Of a stretch of 64,000 nt of DNA, positions 36,001 to 47,748 are shown piece after piece. The notes under the pieces are model-generated. The model had not been told where the DNA came from. It ran no database searches and saw nothing but the letters and a program-made list of their open reading frames with translations. The first letter of the stretch is position 1; each line of letters starts with the position of its first letter. Where the stretch lies: assembly GCA_964016885.1 (NCBI GenBank), contig OZ024744.1:113770001-113834000 (forward strand), in the 5' to 3' direction. The position numbers and the translations under genes are program-made. This DNA comes from Eledone cirrhosa. Taxonomy: Eukaryota.

Positions 36001-37496
36001 ACATTGTCATCACCATCAACAGTAACAACACTGTCATCACCATCAACAGTAACAACATTGTCATCACCATCAACAGTAGTAACATTGTCATCACCATCAA
36101 CAGTAGTAACACTGTCATCACCATCAACAGTAGTAACATTGTCATCACCATCAACAGTAACAACATTGTCATCACCATCAACAGTAACAACACTGTCATC
36201 ACCATCAACAGTAGCAACATTGTCATCACCATCAACAGTAGTAACACTGTCATCACCATCAACAGTAACAACATTGTCATCACCATCAACAGTAGTAACA
36301 TTGTCATCACCATCAACAGTAGTAACATTGTCATCACCATCAACAGTAACAACATTGTCATCACCATCAACAGTAACAACACTGTCATCACCATCAACAG
36401 TAACAACACTGTCATCACCATCAACAGTAACAACATTGTCATCACCATCAACAGTAACAACATTGTCATCACCATCAACAGTAACAACATTGTCATCACC
36501 ATCAACAGTAGTAACATTGTCATCACCATCAACAGTAGTAACACTGTCATCACCATCAACAGTAACAACACTGTCATCACCATCAACAGTAGTAACATTG
36601 TCATCACCATCAACAGTAACAACATTGTCATCACCATCAACAGTAACAGCATTGTCATCACCATCAACAGTAGTAACACTGTCATCACCATCAACAGTAA
36701 CAACATTGTCATCACCATCAACAGTAACAACATTGTCATCACCATCAACAGTAACAACACTGTCATCACCATCAACAGTAACAACACTGTCATCACCATC
36801 AACAGTAACAACATTGTCATCACCATCAACAGTAACAACACTATCATCACCATCAACAGTAACAACACTGTCATCACCATCAACAGTAGTAACACTGTCA
36901 TCACCATCAACAGTAACAACACTATCATCACCATCAACAGTAACAACACTGTCATCACCATCAACAATAGTAACATTGTCATCACCATCAACAGTAATAA
37001 CATTGTCATCACCATCAACACTAGTAACACTGTCATCACCATCAACAGTAACAACATTGTCATCACCATCAACAGTAGTAACATTGTCATCACCATCAAC
37101 AGTAACAACATTGTCATCACCATCAACAGTAGTAACACTGTCATCACCATCAACAGTAACAACATTGTCATCACCATCAACAATAATAAAATTGTCATCA
37201 CCATCAACAGTAACAACACTGTCATCACCATCAACAGTAACAACATTGTCATCACCATCAACAGTAATAACATTGTCATCACCATCAACAGTAACAACAT
37301 TGTCATCACCATCAACAGTAGTAACATTGTCATCACCATCAACAGTAACAACACTGTCATCACCATCAACAGTAGTAACATTGTCATCACCATCAACAGT
37401 AGTAACATTGTCATCACCATCAACAGTAGTAACATTGTCATCACCATCAACAGTAACAACATTGTCATCACCATCAACAGTAGTAACAACATTGTC
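1..37496. repeat. 27-bp tandem satellite, consensus TTGTCATCACCATCAACAGT(AAC/AGT)AACA, about 1400 units, open at the window start
   Basis: The unit reads continuously from base 1 to 37496. Common variants are AGT/AAC at one triplet and ATT/ACT at another. Shortened 24-, 21- and 18-bp units occur, and rarer 25/26-bp units shift the frame. Copy number is length divided by 27. Confidence 0.98.
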
Positions 37497-37874
37497 ATGA
37501 CCCCAACACTACCATATTACAGAGTCTACTGGTTGTATTTTATCATGGCACCAACACTACCACTTTACAGAGTGTACTGGGTGTATTTTATCATGACACC
37601 AACACTACCACTTTACAGAGTGTACTGAGTGTAGTCTATCATGACACTACCACATTACAGCGTGTACTGGGTGTATTTTATCATGATATTCCCACTACCA
37701 CATTACAGAGTGTACTGGGTTTATTTAATCATGACATCAACACTACCACTTTATAGAGTGTACTGGGTGTATTTGATTGTGAAACCAACACTACCACTTT
37801 ACAGAGTGTACTGGGTGTATTTGATTGTGAAACCAACACTACCACTTTACAGAGTGTACTGGGTGTATTTTATT
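37497..37874. repeat. 48-bp minisatellite, 8 units (ATGACACCAACACTACCACTTTACAGAGTGTACTGGGTGTATTTTATC), related to the RTE 3' UTR
   Basis: Units start at 37497, 37545, 37593, 37641 (42 bp), 37683, 37731, 37779 and 37827. The reverse complement resembles the RTE 3' UTR at 55381-55467. Confidence 0.93.
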
Positions 37875-37969
37875 GTGTAATGGGTGGTAAGAGAACATTA
37901 ATATGAATTAGCCTTAAGGAGTGATGATTAGAAATATAGCGAAGGAATTAGTAGAGGTAACAGCATGTT

Positions 37970-40900
37970 TGTGACATAATAACAGTTATTAGAGGAATAT
38001 CTGTGTCATAAGACTGTCATAACCGTTATTAGAGGAATATCTGTGACATTAGACTGATGTCATAACAGTTATTAGAGGAATATCTGTGACATAAGACTGA
38101 TGTCATAACAGTTATTAGAGGAATATCTGTGACATTAGACTGATGTCATAACAGTTATTAGAGGAATATCTGTGACATAAGACTGATGTCATAACAGTTA
38201 TTAGAGGAATATCTGTGACATAAGACTGATGTCATAACAGTTATTAGAGAAATATCTGTGACATAAGACTGATGTCATAACAGTTATTAGAGGAATATCT
38301 GTGACATAAGACGGATGTCATAACAGTTATTAGAGGAATATCTGTGACATAAGACGGATGTCATAACAGTAATTAGAGGAATATCTGTGACATAAGACTG
38401 ATGTCATAACAGTTATTAGAGGAATATATGTGACATAAGACTGATGTCATAACAGTTATTAGAGGAATATCTGTGACATAAGACTGATGTCATATCAGTT
38501 ATTAGAGGAATATCTGTGACATAAGACTGATGTCATAACAGTTATTAGAGGAATATCTGTGACATAAGACAGATGTCATAACAGTTATTAGAGGAATATC
38601 TGTGACATAAGACTGATGGCATAACAGTTTTTAGAGGAATATCTGTGACATAAGACTGATGTCATAACAGTTATTAGAGGAATATCTGTGACATAAGACT
38701 GATGTCATAACAGTTATTAGAGGAATATCTGTGACATAAGACTGATGTCATAACAGTTATTAGTGGAATATCTGTGACATAAGACTGATGTCATAACAGT
38801 TATTAGAGGAATAGCTGTGACATAAGACTGATGTCATAACAGTTATTAGAGGAATATCTGTGACATAAGACTGCTGTCATAGTTATTAGAGGAATATCTG
38901 TGACATAAGACTGATGTCATAACAGTTATTAGAGGAATATATGTGACATAAGACTGATGTCATAACAGTTATTAGAGGAATATCTGTGATATAAGACTGA
39001 TGTCATAACAGTTTTTAGAGGCATATCTGTGACATAAGACTGATGTCATAACAGTTATTAGAGGAATATCTGTGTCATAAGACTGATGTCATAACAGTTA
39101 TTAGAGGAATATCTGTGACATAAGAATGATGTCATAACAGTTATTAGAGGAATATCTGTGACATAAGAATGATGCCATAACAGTTATTAAAGGAATATCT
39201 GTGACATAACACTGATGTCATAACAGCTATTAGAGGAATATCTGTGACATAAGACTGATGTCATAACAGTTATTAGAGGAATATCTGTGACATAAGACTG
39301 ATGTCATAACAGTTATTAGAGGAATATTTGTGACATAAGACTGTTATACAGTTATTAGAGGAATATTTATGACATAAGACTGATGTCATAACAGTTATTA
39401 GAGGAATAGCTGTGACATAAGACTGATGTCATAACAGTTATTAGAGGAATATCTGTGACATAAGAATGATGTCATAACAGTTATTAGAGGAATATCTGTG
39501 ACATAAGAATGATGCCATAACAGTTATTAGAGGAATATCTGTGACATAAGACTGATGTCATAACAGTTATTAGAGGAATATCTGTGACATAAGACTGATG
39601 TCATAACAGTTATTAGAGGAATATCTGTGACATAAGACTGATGTCATAACAATTAGAGGAATATCTGTGACATAAGACTGATGTCATAACAGTTATTAGA
39701 GGAATATCTGTGATATAAGACTGATGTCATAACAATTAGAGGAATATCTGACATAAGACTGATGTCGTAACAGTTATTAGAGGAATATCTGTGACATAAG
39801 ACTGATGTCATAACAGTTATTAGAGGAATATCTGTGACATAAGACTGATGTCATAACAGTTATTAGAGGAATATCTGTGACATAAGACTGATGTCATAAC
39901 AGTTATTAGAGGAATATCTGTGATATAAGACTGATGTCATAACAGTTTTTAGAGGCATATCTGTGACATAAGACTGATGTCATAACAGTTATTAGAGGAA
40001 TATCTGTGTCATAAGACTGATGTCATAACAGTTATTAGAGGAATATCTGTGACATAAGACTGATGTCATAACAATTAGAGGAATATCTGTGACATAAGAC
40101 TGATGTCATAACAGTTATTAGAGGAATAGCTGTGACATAAGACTGGTGTCATAACAGTTATTAGAGGAATATCTGTGTCATAAGACTGACGTCATAACAG
40201 TTTTTAGAGGAATATCTGTGACATATGACTGATGTCATAACAGTTATTAGAGGAATATCTGTGACATAAGACTGATGTCATAACAGTTATTAGAGGAATA
40301 TCTGTGACATAAGACTGATGTCATAACAGTTATTAGAGGAATATCTATGACATAAGACTGATGTCATAACAATTAGAGGAATATCTGTGACATAAGACTG
40401 ATGTCATAACAGTTATTAGAGGAATATCTGTGACATAAGACTGATGTCATAACAATTAGAGGAATATCTGACATAAGACTGATGTCGTAACAGTTATTAG
40501 AGGAATATCTGTGACATAAGACTGATGTCATAACAGTTATTAGAGGAATATCTGACATAAGACGGATGTCATAACCGTTATTAGAGGAATAGCTGTGACA
40601 TAAGACTGATGTCATAACAGTTATTAAAGGAATATCTGTGACATAAGACTGATGTCATAACAGCTATTAGAGGAATATCTGTGACATAAGACTGATGTCA
40701 TAACAGCTATTAGAGGAATTTCTGTGACATAAAACTGATGTCATAACAGTTATTAGAGGAATATTTGATATAAGACTGATGTCATAACAGTTTTTAGAGG
40801 CATATCTGTGACATAAGACTGATGTCATAACAGTTATTAGAGGAATATCTGTGTCATAAGACTGATGTCATAACAGTTATTAGAGGAATATCTGTGACAT

Positions 40901-41314
40901 AAGAATGATGTCATAACAGTTATTAGAGGAATATCTGTGACATAAGAATGATGCCATAACAGTTATTAAAGGAATATCTGTGACATAACACTGATGTCAT
41001 AACAGCTATTAGAGGAATATCTGTGACATAAGACTGATGTCATAACAGTTATTAGAGGAATATCTGTGACATAAGACTGATGTCATAACAGTTATTAGAG
41101 GAATATTTGTGACATAAGACTGTTATACAGTTATTAGAGGAATATTTATGACATAAGACTGATGTCATAACAGTTATTAGAGGAATAGCTGTGACATAAG
41201 ACTGATGTCATAACAGTTATTAGAGGAATATCTGTGACATAAGACTGATGTCATAACAGTTATTATAGGAATATTTATGACATAAGACTGATGTCATAAC
41301 AGTTTTTTGAGGAA
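37970..41314. repeat. 43-bp tandem satellite (TGTGACATAAGACTGATGTCATAACAGTTATTAGAGGAATATC), about 78 units
   Basis: Period of 43 (CTGTGAC at 38041 and 38084). Units are highly homogeneous with a few small deletions. Confidence 0.97.
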
Positions 41315-41539
41315 ATGTAAGATCAAAGATGCTCCTGTAGCATGTTTTTTTCAGAGTGGAGGGACAAGGACTAAAGTGAAATCTGTAATGTTCTTCATGT
41401 GACATTTGGCTGCTCTCTGTAGCAAGACATGTGGGCATGAAACAATTCCTTTGTTGGTCTCTTATTATACGGATTATTATTATTGAATTTATTATTATTT
41501 TTATGGAGGTGTATAGAAAGTATCAGTTGAATGTTTGAC

Positions 41540-41717
41540 AACATGCTTAATGTGTCTCTGTGTATACATACATGCTTAATGTGTGTGTGTGTATACATAT
41601 ACATATTTAATGTGTATGTGTGTTTACATATACATATTTAATGTGTGTGTTTATATATACATATTTAACGTGTGTTTACATATACATATTTAACGTGTGC
41701 TTATATATATATTTAAT
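41540..41717. repeat. Degenerate 24-32 bp minisatellite (TTAATGTGTG..TACATATACATAT)
   Basis: About six recurrences of TTAA(T/C)GTGT followed by a TACATA-rich tract. Confidence 0.7.
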
Positions 41718-42049
41718 CACAGTTACCACTATATGTACTGATATGAATTTATAGTATAACTTATTTGCTCGGTGCAAAATGTGATAAACAAGAGTGATGT
41801 ACCTTGATAAATATACCAGTAATATTATACAACTGATTAATTAACCGTCCCCCTCTCTTGTTCTAGCTAATTAACAAAACATGTAATTAATCTGGCTCTC
41901 CAATTAAAGCAACAATATAAAAGAGCCAAATTAGGTATCAATCCTTTCATTAGAATACCCCCCCCCCTCTACCTATATATATAGATATAGTAATACAGAA
42001 GAGCCGAATTCTCATGGGCACAGGCCGTAGCTGAATCATATATATAGTA

Positions 42050-42341
42050 TGCACCACTCTGCCCTTCCCACCCTTCCCATGAGGACAAGCTGAAATATAC
42101 ATCCAGCAAAGGCTCCAGCCCACACTATAAAGTGGACATGATGGCAACACGAAAGTGCCTATTGCACTCACTGTAAATGTGGTTGGTATTAGGAAGGGCA
42201 TCCAGCCGTAGAAACCAAACCAAAATCAGCCCTGCATGAGTGAAACACGGTCCTCCGACCAGAATTCTCAGAAAGGGACAGTCCGTCCTACCCAAGCTAG
42301 CGTTGAAAATGGACATTAAACGATGATAATGATGATGGTGA

Positions 42342-42343
<2 letters not shown>
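42050..42343 (+). mobile_element. RTE-type 3' end fragment with (TGA)n-like tail
   Basis: GGTTGGTATTAGGAAGGGCATCCAGCCGTAGAAACC ... GGACATTAAACGATGATAATGATGATG matches the 3' ends of the long RTE copies at 42493-42660 and 55470-55628. The 5' boundary is approximate. Confidence 0.8.

Positions 42344-42398
<55 letters not shown>
42344..42398. repeat. (TA)n microsatellite
   Basis: Direct reading. Confidence 0.97.
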
Positions 42399-42400
<2 letters not shown>

Positions 42401-42492
42401 GAAACTAATTTATATCATCATTGTACTGTATTGTTTTTCCATGTTTCCCTTGTTGACTTTTCTCTCTCACATACATACATGCAAATGTATGT

Positions 42493-45400
42493 ATCATCAT
42501 CATCATCATCATCATCATCACCGTTTTACGTCCGTTCTTCCCCGCTAGCATGGGTTAGACGGGTTGTCCTGTTGTCAGCTGACCATGCCTTGCTCATACC
42601 GGAACTGATTTGGCTTGATTTCTACAGCTGGATGCCCTTCCTAACACCAACCTCATTTACAGTGTAGGCTGAGTGCTTTTTTGCCGTGGCACCTCCACGA
42701 CCACCTTGCAGTGGGGGGTGTGGGGGCATATTGTCTATATGCTTCAGCTTGTACCCATGGGAGGTCGGGTACTCTGTATTACTGCGTGACGCCAGAGGTC
42801 ACGGTCATGTGTCATTGCCTTTGAGAGGTGTAATTGGGTAAGGTCGGCTTTTATCACCTCATCCCAGGTCATCTTGGGTCTCCCCCACTCCGCGGTTTCC
42901 ATCAACTTCTAGTGCTCTGCACCTTTTTATGCAGCTGTCATCCTTCATACGCATCACATGTCCATACCAGCACAACCGCCTCTCCTGCACACAGCATTTG
43001 ATTCCTCTTATGCTCAGTCTCTCTCTCAATTCATTTACGCTTTGTCGTTCACGTATATTACTGTTACACATCCATCGGAGCATGCAGGCTTCGTTTCTCT
43101 CTAATCTACGTAAGTCTTCCACCTTCAGCGCCCAGGTCTCACTACCATGCAACATCGCTGTTCGGATACACGCATCATACAGTCTGCCTTTCATTCTGAG
43201 GGAGAAGCCTTTTGCAGCTAGCAGTGGTAGTAGTTCCCTAAACTTCTTCCATCCCGTTCTTACTCTAGTTATTGTACTTTCTGAACACCCACCTCCGCTG
43301 CTAATTCGGTCACCTAGGTAGCAGAAGCTGTCTACTGTTTCTACAGAGCCCTCCCAGAGATTGGTGGTACTTGTTTCCTGTGGCTGTTTGCTGCTTGCTG
43401 TCTCAGCACAGCTGCTGCATGTGAAGCCTACATTCTTAATTAAGCTTCCTGAGATCCCGCTACATCTCTTGTGTACCCATTGTTTGCATTTGGGGCAGAG
43501 AATGGAGTTCCTACCTACACCTTTCCTACATACTGAGCAAGGCCATTTCCCTGAGGGGATCTGGGTTCTGTTTTCTCGTCTACTTACAAGGACCTTAGTC
43601 TTTGTCATGTTGACTTTGAGACCCTTTCTTTCTAGTCCCTGCTTCCAAGTTTGGAATTTATTCTCTAGTTCTACCATAGATTCAGCTATGAGTGCGAGGT
43701 CATCCGCATACAGGAGTTCCCATGGGCATCCGCTCTTAAACTCCTCCATTATTGCCTGCAGGACTATGATGAACAGGAGGGGCTAAGAACAGAGCCCTGG
43801 TGGACCCCAACCTGTACGCTAAATTCCTCACTATACTCATTGTTAATCCTAACTTTGCTGACTGCTCCCCTATACATGGCTTGTACCGCTTTCACAAGCC
43901 ATTCATCTACTCCTAGTTTTCTAAGAGCCCACCAGATTATAGCACGTGGAACTCTGTCAAAGGCTTTCTCAAGGTCGACAAATGCCAAGTAGAGTGGCTT
44001 ACTTTTAGCTAGGTACTTTTCCTGTAACTGCCTCACAAGGAAGAGGGCATCAGTGGTGCCTCTTCCTGGTACAAACCCAAATTGCATCTCGTCTATTTTC
44101 ACCTGGTCCCTAATCAATTGTTCTATAACTCTTTCTGTTACTTTCATGACCTGGTCCATCAACTTTATACCTCTATAGTTTCCTCTATCTAGTGCATGGC
44201 CTTTACCTTTGTAGCAGTTGACAATGATGCTACTGCACCAATCTTTTGGTATGACACCTTCTAGTATTACCTGGTTAACAATACGTGTGGTTATAGTATG
44301 ATCTACAGACCCAGATGCCTTCAGCATCTCGGCAGCTATACCCGATGAACTGGTTGCCTTCCCCATCTTCATATCTTTGATTGCCTTACTTACTACGTTG
44401 CTGCTGACTTGTACTGCTGGCCCCTCTATAGGGTCTACTTGGGGTAGGGTCTCTTCTTCCCATGCATTCTCCTCATTTAGTAATCTATCATAATGACTCT
44501 TCCATGCATCTTTCTTCTCAGCACTTGTGAGGGCAAGCTCACCTTTATCATTCCGGATACACTTCTCTCCAATGACATCACAACTATCTCTGACACACTG
44601 CCTCGCAATCTTGAATACCTCCTGTTTCTGGTCCTCACGTTGCAAAACATGCTTGAATTTTCTATCCTCTGCTTCCCTCCTAGCTAAGTATACTTGTCGC
44701 CTAGCTTCCCTCTTGGTCTCTATGTAATGTACCCTGCTCCCCCCGTTCTTCCATTCTTTCCATGCCTGTCTCTTGGCCTTAACTGATTCATCTACCTTAT
44801 TGTTCCACCACCAAGTCACTCTCCTCCTGCTCAAGGTCTTACTCCAGCCACAGACCTCATCCGTCGCCTCTAGTAAATTATTTTTTAGGAACTCCCAGTT
44901 CTCTTCTACATTGAATGTCTCTATCTGTTCTTTACTGTCGTAGGCATTGAGTAAAATATCTTTAAATCTGTTACTGGTTGAGGGGACTTTCAGCTTCCAG
45001 ATCTTTCTTCTCCAGGTTGGCCTCTGTTTCCAGGTTCGTCTAGTTCTGACCGTGAGGTCGCTGACAACTAAGCTATGTTGGGATGTACATTCCTCACTAA
45101 GGAAGGCTTTTGTGTTTACGACCGTCCATCTGTCACGTCCTCTGATGAGGATAAAATCTATCTGACTGGAGTGCTCCCCTGATCTTTAGGTGATCAGGTG
45201 GTTGTTGGGTTTTTTAAAGTTTGTGTTACATATCGACATGTCATTGGCGTCGCAGAATTCTAGAAGTCTGAATCCTTCCTCATTTCTTGTTTCTTGTGCC
45301 AACCCCATGGCCTCCATGTACTCTATTGAAGCCGTCGCAGTGTTTACCTACGTGTCCGTTAAAATCTCCTGCGATGATTAGGAAGTCATTGTCGTCTGTT

Positions 45401-45992
45401 AGAGCAGTAGTGTGCATTAGGGACTCATAAAACCTATCCTTAAGTTTGTCTGGCAGCCCCGATTGGGGTGCGTAAGCTGATATTATTGTGGTAATTGTTT
45501 TATTCAGGACTAGTCTGAGTTTAATGATTCTTGCATTTACCCTGTACACTGAGATTACTTTATCTACCCACTTGTCAGCTAGTAGGATACCTACACCACC
45601 CATCCCATCGTCATTTCCCACCCAGAAAAATTTGTAGCACCAACTTTTTCCTACCAGGACTCTGGCGGACACTCCTCTCCATCTAGTCTCTTGCACACAG
45701 CATACATCAACTTCCTTTCGCTCTAGCATTTCTACGATTTCTCCTGCTCTTCCTTTCATTGAACCTACATTGATGGTACCAACTCAGAGTTTTGGGCATT
45801 TGTCGACACTCGTAGGGAAGGGTCTCTGGGTTGGCGCTTCACATGGGTGCTTGGTAGCTCGCAGATTCATATTTCATCTATTGATTCAGAGCTGCTCAAA
45901 TTTATTCTCAGCTCATCCATCCATAACGGTGGGAAAATTGAGGGCTAGAAGAACAGTGGTGGTGGGATAATGGCAGGGTGTGTTGGGCTGTA
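42493..45992 (-). mobile_element. Near full-length RTE-clade LINE (copy 1) with (TGA)n tail
   Basis: Single-ORF layout. APE endonuclease motifs: VGTINVGSMKG, VQETRW, ISAYAPQ, IAGDFNGHVG. RT motifs: NYRGIKL, QFGFVPGRGTTDA, AFVDLEKAFDRV, GVHQGSVLSP, LLYADD. C-terminal MLHGSETW and WYGHVMR. (CAT)n at 42493-42520 on the + strand. The 5' leader aligns with copy 2 at about 51505. Confidence 0.95.
42744..45870 (-). pseudogene. Disrupted APE endonuclease-reverse transcriptase ORF of RTE copy 1
   Basis: Pieces 45280-45759, 43764-44834 and 42859-43749 are collinear. In-frame stops lie near 45785 and 45188, and frameshifts near 45280, 43775 and 42880. Inferred ATG at 45870 and TGA at 42744-42746. Confidence 0.88.
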
Positions 45993-46024
45993 TGTGTACA
46001 TAAATGGGTGTATGTGTACATAAA

Positions 46025-46027
<3 letters not shown>

Positions 46028-46080
<53 letters not shown>
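46028..46080. repeat. (TA)n microsatellite
   Basis: Direct reading. Confidence 0.97.
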
Positions 46081-46082
<2 letters not shown>

Positions 46083-46123
46083 AAGTGTTAAAGCGATCAA
46101 ATTTTAATTTAGAACATTTATTT

Positions 46124-46168
46124 GCTGACAATTGTTTCTTCCAGAGGGAAGTCTGGAATCATCGGAGC
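46124..46168 (-). ncRNA. Hammerhead ribozyme-like motif (mirror copy of 47704-47748; U4C core variant)
   Basis: Exact reverse complement of the + strand motif at 47704-47748. Confidence 0.6.
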
Positions 46169-46170
46169 TA

Positions 46171-47590
46171 GCAACCAATCTTGACAGTAAGGTGTTCTGG
46201 AAATATGTACATTCAAAGCAGAGACCTCACTCTCCAGTTGGTCCTCTTCGCAATCCCCACACAAGCCAGATCACTGACGATCCCAAAGAATGCGCAGAAC
46301 TCCAGCTGCTGTGATCAGCTTATCGAGTTCCTTGAAGACATTACCCGGATCACTAACATGGTGGATGTTGTTTACCTTGACTTCGCTAAGGCTTTTAATT
46401 CTGTGCCACACAAAAGACTTATGGCGAAACTCTCTGCAATGGGTGTGAAGGATGATCTTTTTAACTGGTTGAAATCCTTCATTCTCAGCCGAAAAGAGGT
46501 AGTCACGGTTCTAGGACAGCATTCTTCACCATATGAGATGTCATCTGGTGTACCACAGGGATCTGTTCTTGGTCCCCTTTTGTTTGTTGCATACATTAAT
46601 GACATAGATGCCAACTTACAGAATGCCACAGTACTGAAATATGCAGATGACATCAAGCTGTACCTTGAAATCAAAAGGTCAGATCCTGAAATCTATAACT
46701 CTTTCCTACAATCAGACCTGGACACAATGCAGCAATGGATCACAGACTGGCAACTGAAGCTGGCTGTGGACAAGTGTACCACCATGCATTTTGGGAGGAA
46801 AAATGCAGCGTCCACATACTCCCTCCACAACACTGATATCAAAAGTCCTCTTGTGAACGTGACCTGGGTATTACTGTCAGCAGCGATTTGCGTTGGACAA
46901 AGCACGTCTCTAAGATTGTCAAGAAGGCCAAGGGTGTCTTGGCATCACTCAGCAAGACCTTTGTTAGCCGCTCTCCAGCCATCTATTTAAAGCTGTATAC
47001 AGCTATGGTACAACCACACTTCGAATTTGGATCATCAGTCTGGAACCCCTATTTTGCTCAGAACATTGACCTCCTGGAAACTGTTCAGAGACGTGCAACC
47101 AAGCGCATACCCTCCATCAGACACCTACCATACTCTGAACGCCTTGCTTCCCTGGGCATGGATTCATTGAAGCTCCGACGTCTGGCAAAGGACTTGGTAT
47201 TAACCATCTCGCCAACAACAACACTGAGCACCTTTTTGATCTCCATGTGTCTAACACACGTGGACATGCCTACAAAGTCAGAAAACAGCACAGCTCCCAT
47301 AACTTTTGGAAACATTTTTTCACGCTTAGAGTTGCTGAAGCATGAAACAAACTGCCTGTGTCAGTTGTTAGCTGCCGAGAGACTGCATCCTTTAAAACCC
47401 TCATGCTTCCCGAAATTCGCCAAAACTACACCTGATATTCCCCCTATACACACGCACACATGTATATCATGACTCATGCATTGTTCATTTTCCTGATGTT
47501 TGTACATTGCCCTATGTACTATGCATACACTTTTGATGAGTTGTATTGCACCTGAGCACTGTACACAATATTTTCATCATTATTATTATA
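46171..47590 (+). mobile_element. 5'-truncated, internally deleted CR1/L2-group LINE fragment
   Basis: RT motifs VDVVYLDFAKAFNSVPH, SGVPQGSVLGPLLF, YADD and LQSDLD..W..WQL. Downstream VWNPY, LETVQRRATK and YSERL are typical of the CR1 group. Frameshift near 46845. Short (CAT/TAT)n tail at about 47574-47590. Confidence 0.9.
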
Positions 47591-47703
47591 GGGAATATCG
47601 AAACATGCTACTAAAATCCTAGTCATTTAGAACTAACAACAATTATGTACCCTAAACGTTCTAAATGACTAGGATTTTAGTAGCATGTTTCGACATTCCC
47701 TAA

Positions 47704-47748
47704 GCTCCGATGATTCCAGACTTCCCTCTGGAAGAAACAATTGTCAGC
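47704..47748 (+). ncRNA. Minimal type-I hammerhead ribozyme-like motif (U4C core variant)
   Basis: GCT-CCGATGA-TTCCAGA(cttccc)TCTGGAA-GAAA-CAATTG-TC-AGC. Perfect 7-bp stem II, palindromic stem III, 3-bp stem I, and AATAAA immediately downstream. The core differs from CUGAUGA by one base. Confidence 0.65.

Noticed and set aside
5-37628. Giant mucin-like (SSPSTVTTL)n, (VITINSNNI)n, (MVMTMLLLL)n and (VTVDGDDNV)n ORFs of up to 2877 aa
   Set aside because: The unit is 9 codons long and four frames are open by default. No codon of the VITINSNNI or VTVDGDDNV frames is one substitution from a stop, so their openness carries no information. The Ser/Thr/Pro frame has repeated stops (for example 11929, 13187, 19438, 26816), and 25/26-bp units shift the frame many times. 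No unique domain or signal peptide is attached. A spliced mucin exon using part of the array cannot be fully excluded without RNA data.
37497-41314. CRISPR-like appearance of the 43-bp dyad repeat and the 48-bp repeat
   Set aside because: The units are head-to-tail with no unique spacers, there are no cas genes, and the context is eukaryotic.
42484-45996. Target-site duplication TGTATGT around RTE copy 1
   Set aside because: It is short and lies in low-complexity TG/TA sequence, so it could easily be chance.
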